DNA from: Lentisphaeria bacterium
GTDB lineage: Bacteria > Verrucomicrobiota > Lentisphaeria > Victivallales > UBA1829
Assembly (NCBI GenBank): GCA_017504325.1
Contig: JAFVRL010000125.1
Coordinates: 1-29,218 of the forward strand
Reading direction: 5' to 3'
DNA length: 29,218 nucleotides
Shown: piece by piece, positions 25,895 to 29,218 of the stretch
How the letters are laid out: every line of letters starts with the position of its first letter
Numbering within the stretch: position 1 is the stretch's first letter
The notes under the pieces: generated by a model
What the model was told of the DNA's origin: nothing
Database searches by the model: none
Seen by the model: the letters and a program-made list of their open reading frames with translations, nothing else
Position numbers and translations under genes: made by a program

Positions 25895-26533
25895 TCAATC
25901 AATGACCTCATCGGCAGGATAGTCGATGAAGGGATTGTTTTTCTTTTCAAATCCGATGGTGGTGCTGTAGCCGTGACCCGGAAAGACTTCCACACTGTCA
26001 TCATATTTTGACAGAATGTTTTTCAGAGAGGAAAGCAATGCGGCTGTATTGCCTCCGGGAAGGTCTGTTCTGCCCACGGATGCCCGGAAAAGTGTATCCC
26101 CGGAAAAGAGGGCATTGTATGCGGCAAAATAATAACAGACTCCTCCGGGGGTGTGACCGGGGGTATGCAGTATTTCAAGGGCGGGATCTTCCGGCGGAAA
26201 TACTGCCGGTGCAGGCAGATCTGTTGCTGCCGGATAATAGGGCGGCAATGCATTGGAGGCACTGTTATACATTTCCTCATCAGACGGATGGATATAAAGA
26301 CGCTTTACATTCAGAAGTTTCGCGCATTTGCCTGCACAGGCAATATGGTCGATGTGGGCATGAGTGAATAAAATCACATTCTCTTCACAGGAAAATTTTT
26401 TCGCAGCTTCCGCAATATCTTCCGGATCTCCGCCCGGATCAATGATATAAAGTATCTTTCCTCCGGGTGAGGGGACCAGATAACAATTCACTTCAAACAT
26501 CCCTACCGGGACCATTTCAAATTTTCTGCTCAT
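25895..26533 (-). CDS. MBL-fold metallo-hydrolase (glyoxalase II/YcbL-like)
   Basis: NCYLV, IIDPG, THAHIDH, HTPGHTPG, FSGDTLF and FPGHG. The start is moved to ATG 26533 (MSRKF). Confidence 0.9.
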   Translation of the reverse strand: MSRKFEMVPVGMFEVNCYLVPSPGGKILYIIDPGGDPEDIAEAAKKFSCEENVILFTHAHIDHIACAGKCAKLLNVKRLYIHPSDEEMYNSASNALPPYYPAATDLPAPAVFPPEDPALEILHTPGHTPGGVCYYFAAYNALFSGDTLFRASVGRTDLPGGNTAALLSSLKNILSKYDDSVEVFPGHGYSTTIGFEKKNNPFIDYPADEVID

Positions 26534-26558
26534 AATATATCCCTTCCTGCTTATATTT

Positions 26559-27077
26559 TCAAATACCGTCAAATCTTTTCCCCGGGATGTCATTTCCGTA
26601 CTGATCCCGTCTGGGTGTGAATATCTCCAATTCATCTTCTCTGTTGCCTGATGCACTTTTAGGCTTGCCCACGCAATAGAACATCACTTGAAAACGCTGT
26701 GCCGCTTCTCCATTTTTTTCCCAGGGACGCACATATTCCAGATCCAATGCTGCCTTCCCCGGAGCGATCACCTCGAATTTTAAAAGACGCGTTCCCGGCT
26801 TTCCCGCAGTTTTTTCTCCTGTGGGAGAAAGAAACGAATCCCGGCACAAGCCCAGAACGACCGGATCAAAGGCAGTTGCAAAACGCCATTGATAACCGGT
26901 GGTGGGATTTCCGGGCAGGGTCACTGTGATGAAACTGCCGGTTTTTACCTCAAATGTTCTACCGGAATCCTGCTGTGTCAGATGAAGTTCCCCCGGCGAA
27001 AAACAGCCGCAGAGAAAAAAAAGAAGCGGAAGAAAATACAAAAATAATGCTTTACGGGATAGTATTCTTTCTGTCAT
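26559..27077 (-). CDS. Lipoprotein with a chagasin/I42 cysteine-protease-inhibitor domain
   Basis: Lipobox LCG-C; NPTTGYQW (BC loop) and YVRPWE (FG loop). The start is moved to ATG 27077 (MTERIL) behind AGGAG. Confidence 0.82.
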   Translation of the reverse strand: MTERILSRKALFLYFLPLLFFLCGCFSPGELHLTQQDSGRTFEVKTGSFITVTLPGNPTTGYQWRFATAFDPVVLGLCRDSFLSPTGEKTAGKPGTRLLKFEVIAPGKAALDLEYVRPWEKNGEAAQRFQVMFYCVGKPKSASGNREDELEIFTPRRDQYGNDIPGKRFDGI

Positions 27078-27235
27078 GTCTCTCTCCTTCTGTCTTTCTT
27101 TATCCGCCGGATAATTTACATTGGAGAAGAGTTTTTTCAAGGTGCAGAGCTGCAATATTTTCAAAAATAATGTACGGAATCCTGCTGTAACAGGTGAAAA
27201 GAGTACAGAATATTGATATTTTTTTTATTATTGAC

Positions 27236-27264
27236 TTGCAATGAAATAAAAATGAAGGTATATT
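27236..27264 (+). promoter_or_regulatory. Sigma70 promoter TTGCAA-N17-TATATT
   Basis: -35 at 27236-41 and -10 at 27259-64 with an exact 17-nt spacer; predicts a start site near 27271, about 340 nt upstream of the acyl-CoA synthetase ATG. Confidence 0.7.
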
Positions 27265-27298
27265 CTATAATCCGTTTAATTTGAAACAGTACAGGAAA

Positions 27299-27448
27299 AT
27301 GAAAATGAAGATTTTTTCAGAGGGGAAACTGAAAAATGTTTTTACCGCATTCCTTCCGGCATGCGGCTCTCTTCCTGTGCTTGCTGCCCTCCTTGTATCT
27401 TTTGTTGTACCCGTAGTGGTGCTTCTTGTACTTGCAGGCCGAGTTTGA
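27299..27448 (+). CDS. Unannotated 49-aa Val/Leu-rich small ORF (candidate leader peptide or small membrane protein)
   Basis: MKMKIFSEGKLKNVFTAFLPACGSLPVLAALLVSFVVPVVVLLVLAGRV-TGA; AGGA RBS at 27293-96; lies between the promoter and the acyl-CoA synthetase gene; below the ORF-track length cut-off. Confidence 0.55.
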   Translation: MKMKIFSEGKLKNVFTAFLPACGSLPVLAALLVSFVVPVVVLLVLAGRV

Positions 27449-27590
27449 CGGACCGCGTTGTTTTCCGTCAAGGATAAAAAACACCGCGGTCCGCACCCCA
27501 CAAAAAACCTGATAAGGGGAAAAAGACTTTTGCGTGTTTTCCTGACGGAGATCCGGACATTCTGAAGAAAAATGTCAACTGGACGATCTC
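27449..27590 (+). promoter_or_regulatory. Alternative RNA helices in the acyl-CoA synthetase leader (attenuator-like)
   Basis: Helix A CGGACCGCG(27449-57)/CGCGGTCCG(27485-93) plus TGTTTT/AAAACA. Helix B TCCGTCA(27464-70)/TGACGGA(27543-49) plus AAAACAC(27478-84)/GTGTTTT(27534-40). Helix C GAGATC(27548-53)/GATCTC(27585-90) plus GACATT/AATGTC. Confidence 0.45.
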
Positions 27591-27608
27591 AAATAAAAAG
27601 GAAAAAAA

Positions 27609-29195
27609 ATGTGTAGGAAAGAACAGAATGGGAAAGAGGAGGATTTCCGTATCTTTCAGGAATATCTCACTTTGGAAAAAGATGAAAATGGAGCCGTAAA
27701 AGGCGGCGTGTTCCATTATCCGGAAAATTTCAATTTTGCTTATGATGTGCTTGACCGCATCGCAGAAAAGACTCCGGATAAACCTGCTCTTATCTGGGTG
27801 GGGGACGATTTTTCAGAAAAGGTTTTTTCATTCAGGGAAATATCCCTTCTTTCCATGCAGGCAGCCAATTTTCTTACAGCCCGGGGGATACGGAAAGGGG
27901 ATCATGTGGCACTTGCTCTGCGCCGCAACTGGCAGTTCTGGATCATTATGATGGCCTGTACCCGGATCGGAGCAGTTGCTGTTATGCTCAACAATCAGCT
28001 TCTTGTCCATGATTTTCAATACCGTTTTGAAAAGACCGGAGCGGTTGCAGTTATCTGTTCAGCTATGGACAGAACGATTGAAGAGGCTTCTGCTGCCGCA
28101 GAAAAATGTCCCGCTGTAAAAGTGCGGATCAGTACATGCGGTTCAAGAAATTCCTGGCTCTCCTTTGATGATGAATTTACAAAATATCCGGCTTCTTTCC
28201 CCCGTAATGAACAGCACCGGGCAACAGATCCCCTTCTTATTTTCTTCAGTTCCGGAACAACAGGTTTTCCAAAAGGGATCATCCATACCCATACCTATCC
28301 GCTGGGACATACCATGACTGCATACTGGTGGCAGCAGGTGAATCCCGGGGGAGTTCATCTTACCATTTCCGATACCGGATGGGCAAAAGCCATGTGGGGC
28401 AAACTTTTCGGACAATGGCTGTGTGAAGGGGCTGTTTTTGTTTATGATTTTGACCGTTTCCATGCGTCAAAGATCCTGCCCATGTTCCGGAAATACAATA
28501 TCACCACTTTCTGCGCCCCGGCAACGATGTTCCGTTTCTTCATAAGAGAAGATCTTTCCCATTATGATTTTTCTTCTCTGGAGCATGTGGGGATGGCAGG
28601 AGAGGCTCTCAATCCGGAAGTCATGAACCGTTTTGCTCTTCTTACCGGTCAGATGATCCATGAGGGGTTCGGGCAATCGGAATCCACTGTCCTTATTGCC
28701 GCCGGACGCAATGTTTCTCCCAAAGCAGGATCCATGGGAAAACCCAATCCTCTTTATCCTGTCGTACTGCTCGATCCCGATGGGAAGCAGATCCCCCGGG
28801 GGGAGACCGGGGAAATATGTATAAAGGCAGAACCCGGTGAGATCCCCGGACTTTTTGTGGGATATTACGGGGATGAAGAGGAAACACTCCGGGTGTGGCA
28901 CGACGGATATTATCACACCGGGGATACCGCATGGTGCGATGATGATGGATACTACTGGTATGTGGGAAGAGTGGATGATGTGATCAAATCTTCCGGATAC
29001 AGGATCGGTCCCTTTGAGATCGAAAGCACCCTTATGGAACTTCCTTACGTGCTGGAATGCGGTGTGGTGGGGGCCCCTGATCCCATCCGCGGTCAGGCAG
29101 TGAAGGCATATATCGTTCTTACCAAAGGCAAAGAATTCCGAATGCATCAACTGCGCGTATTGTGGTGCAAAATCTGCAGGCGACAGAAAAAATAA
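27609..29195 (+). CDS. AMP-forming short/medium-chain acyl-CoA synthetase (MACS/ACSM-like); C-terminus aberrant
   Basis: NFNFAYDV, P-loop FFSSGTTGFPKG, SDTGWAKAMWG, GFGQSE, YHTGD and RVDDVIKSSGYRIGPFEIES. Family resemblance ends after IVLTKG at about 29130. Confidence 0.9.
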   Translation: MCRKEQNGKEEDFRIFQEYLTLEKDENGAVKGGVFHYPENFNFAYDVLDRIAEKTPDKPALIWVGDDFSEKVFSFREISLLSMQAANFLTARGIRKGDHVALALRRNWQFWIIMMACTRIGAVAVMLNNQLLVHDFQYRFEKTGAVAVICSAMDRTIEEASAAAEKCPAVKVRISTCGSRNSWLSFDDEFTKYPASFPRNEQHRATDPLLIFFSSGTTGFPKGIIHTHTYPLGHTMTAYWWQQVNPGGVHLTISDTGWAKAMWGKLFGQWLCEGAVFVYDFDRFHASKILPMFRKYNITTFCAPATMFRFFIREDLSHYDFSSLEHVGMAGEALNPEVMNRFALLTGQMIHEGFGQSESTVLIAAGRNVSPKAGSMGKPNPLYPVVLLDPDGKQIPRGETGEICIKAEPGEIPGLFVGYYGDEEETLRVWHDGYYHTGDTAWCDDDGYYWYVGRVDDVIKSSGYRIGPFEIESTLMELPYVLECGVVGAPDPIRGQAVKAYIVLTKGKEFRMHQLRVLWCKICRRQKK

Positions 29196-29218
29196 AAGAA
29201 TTTGCAACTACAAAAAAA

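Noticed and set aside
27265-27501. 78-aa minus-strand Thr/Arg-rich ORF
   Set aside because: It is the antisense shadow of the Val/Leu-rich plus-strand ORF, which has the promoter and RBS support.
29131-29218. CINCAYC motif in an alternative frame at the window end, suggestive of an Fe-S protein
   Set aside because: There are only about 28 codons, no start, and the radical-SAM/ferredoxin spacing is incomplete; it may belong to a chimeric fragment but cannot be called.
1-29218. CRISPR arrays, tRNA/rRNA/tmRNA, IS elements, prophage genes; apparent abundance of CCGG words
   Set aside because: No regularly spaced repeats, RNA gene signatures, transposase or integrase motifs were seen. The CCGG abundance is plausibly due to Pro/Arg/Gly codon usage and was not quantified.

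Overview
This is an ordinary chromosomal (non-mobile) region of about 27 genes in genetic code 11. The host is probably an anaerobic PVC-superphylum bacterium (Lentisphaeria/Victivallales-like); that is an inference from gene types only. Left to right: 3' end of pgi; a secreted SGNH/GDSL hydrolase; a 700-bp hairpin-rich intergenic region in the slot where 6S RNA usually lies; a + strand run of 5-formyl-THF cyclo-ligase, rny, HD protein, orphan OppF-type ATPase and Prc protease; a - strand FAD oxidoreductase, GGQ release-factor-like protein and GH39; nrdR and a ClC-CBS transporter; a six-gene - strand glycosylation operon (TIM-barrel isomerase, SDR, membrane-anchored hypothetical, SDR epimerase, GT2, GT-C-like); a divergent operon encoding a ribbon-helix-helix/Cys-His regulator plus a Zn-type ABC importer; an amidohydrolase; a stand-alone receiver protein; an MBL hydrolase; a chagasin-type lipoprotein; and an acyl-CoA synthetase whose tail looks aberrant at the window end. 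Strongest leads: (1) an unannotated 49-codon Val/Leu-rich ORF followed by mutually exclusive RNA helices in front of the acyl-CoA synthetase, a candidate branched-chain amino acid-sensing leader; (2) an RHH plus Cys/His protein heading the zinc importer, with a tandem GTATTAC repeat inside its promoter, a candidate non-Zur zinc regulator; (3) an in-frame TGA at a Trp-like position of the GT2 gene, whose reading frame continues to a TAA abutting the next gene's ATG. No rRNA, tRNA, CRISPR array or transposase was recognised.
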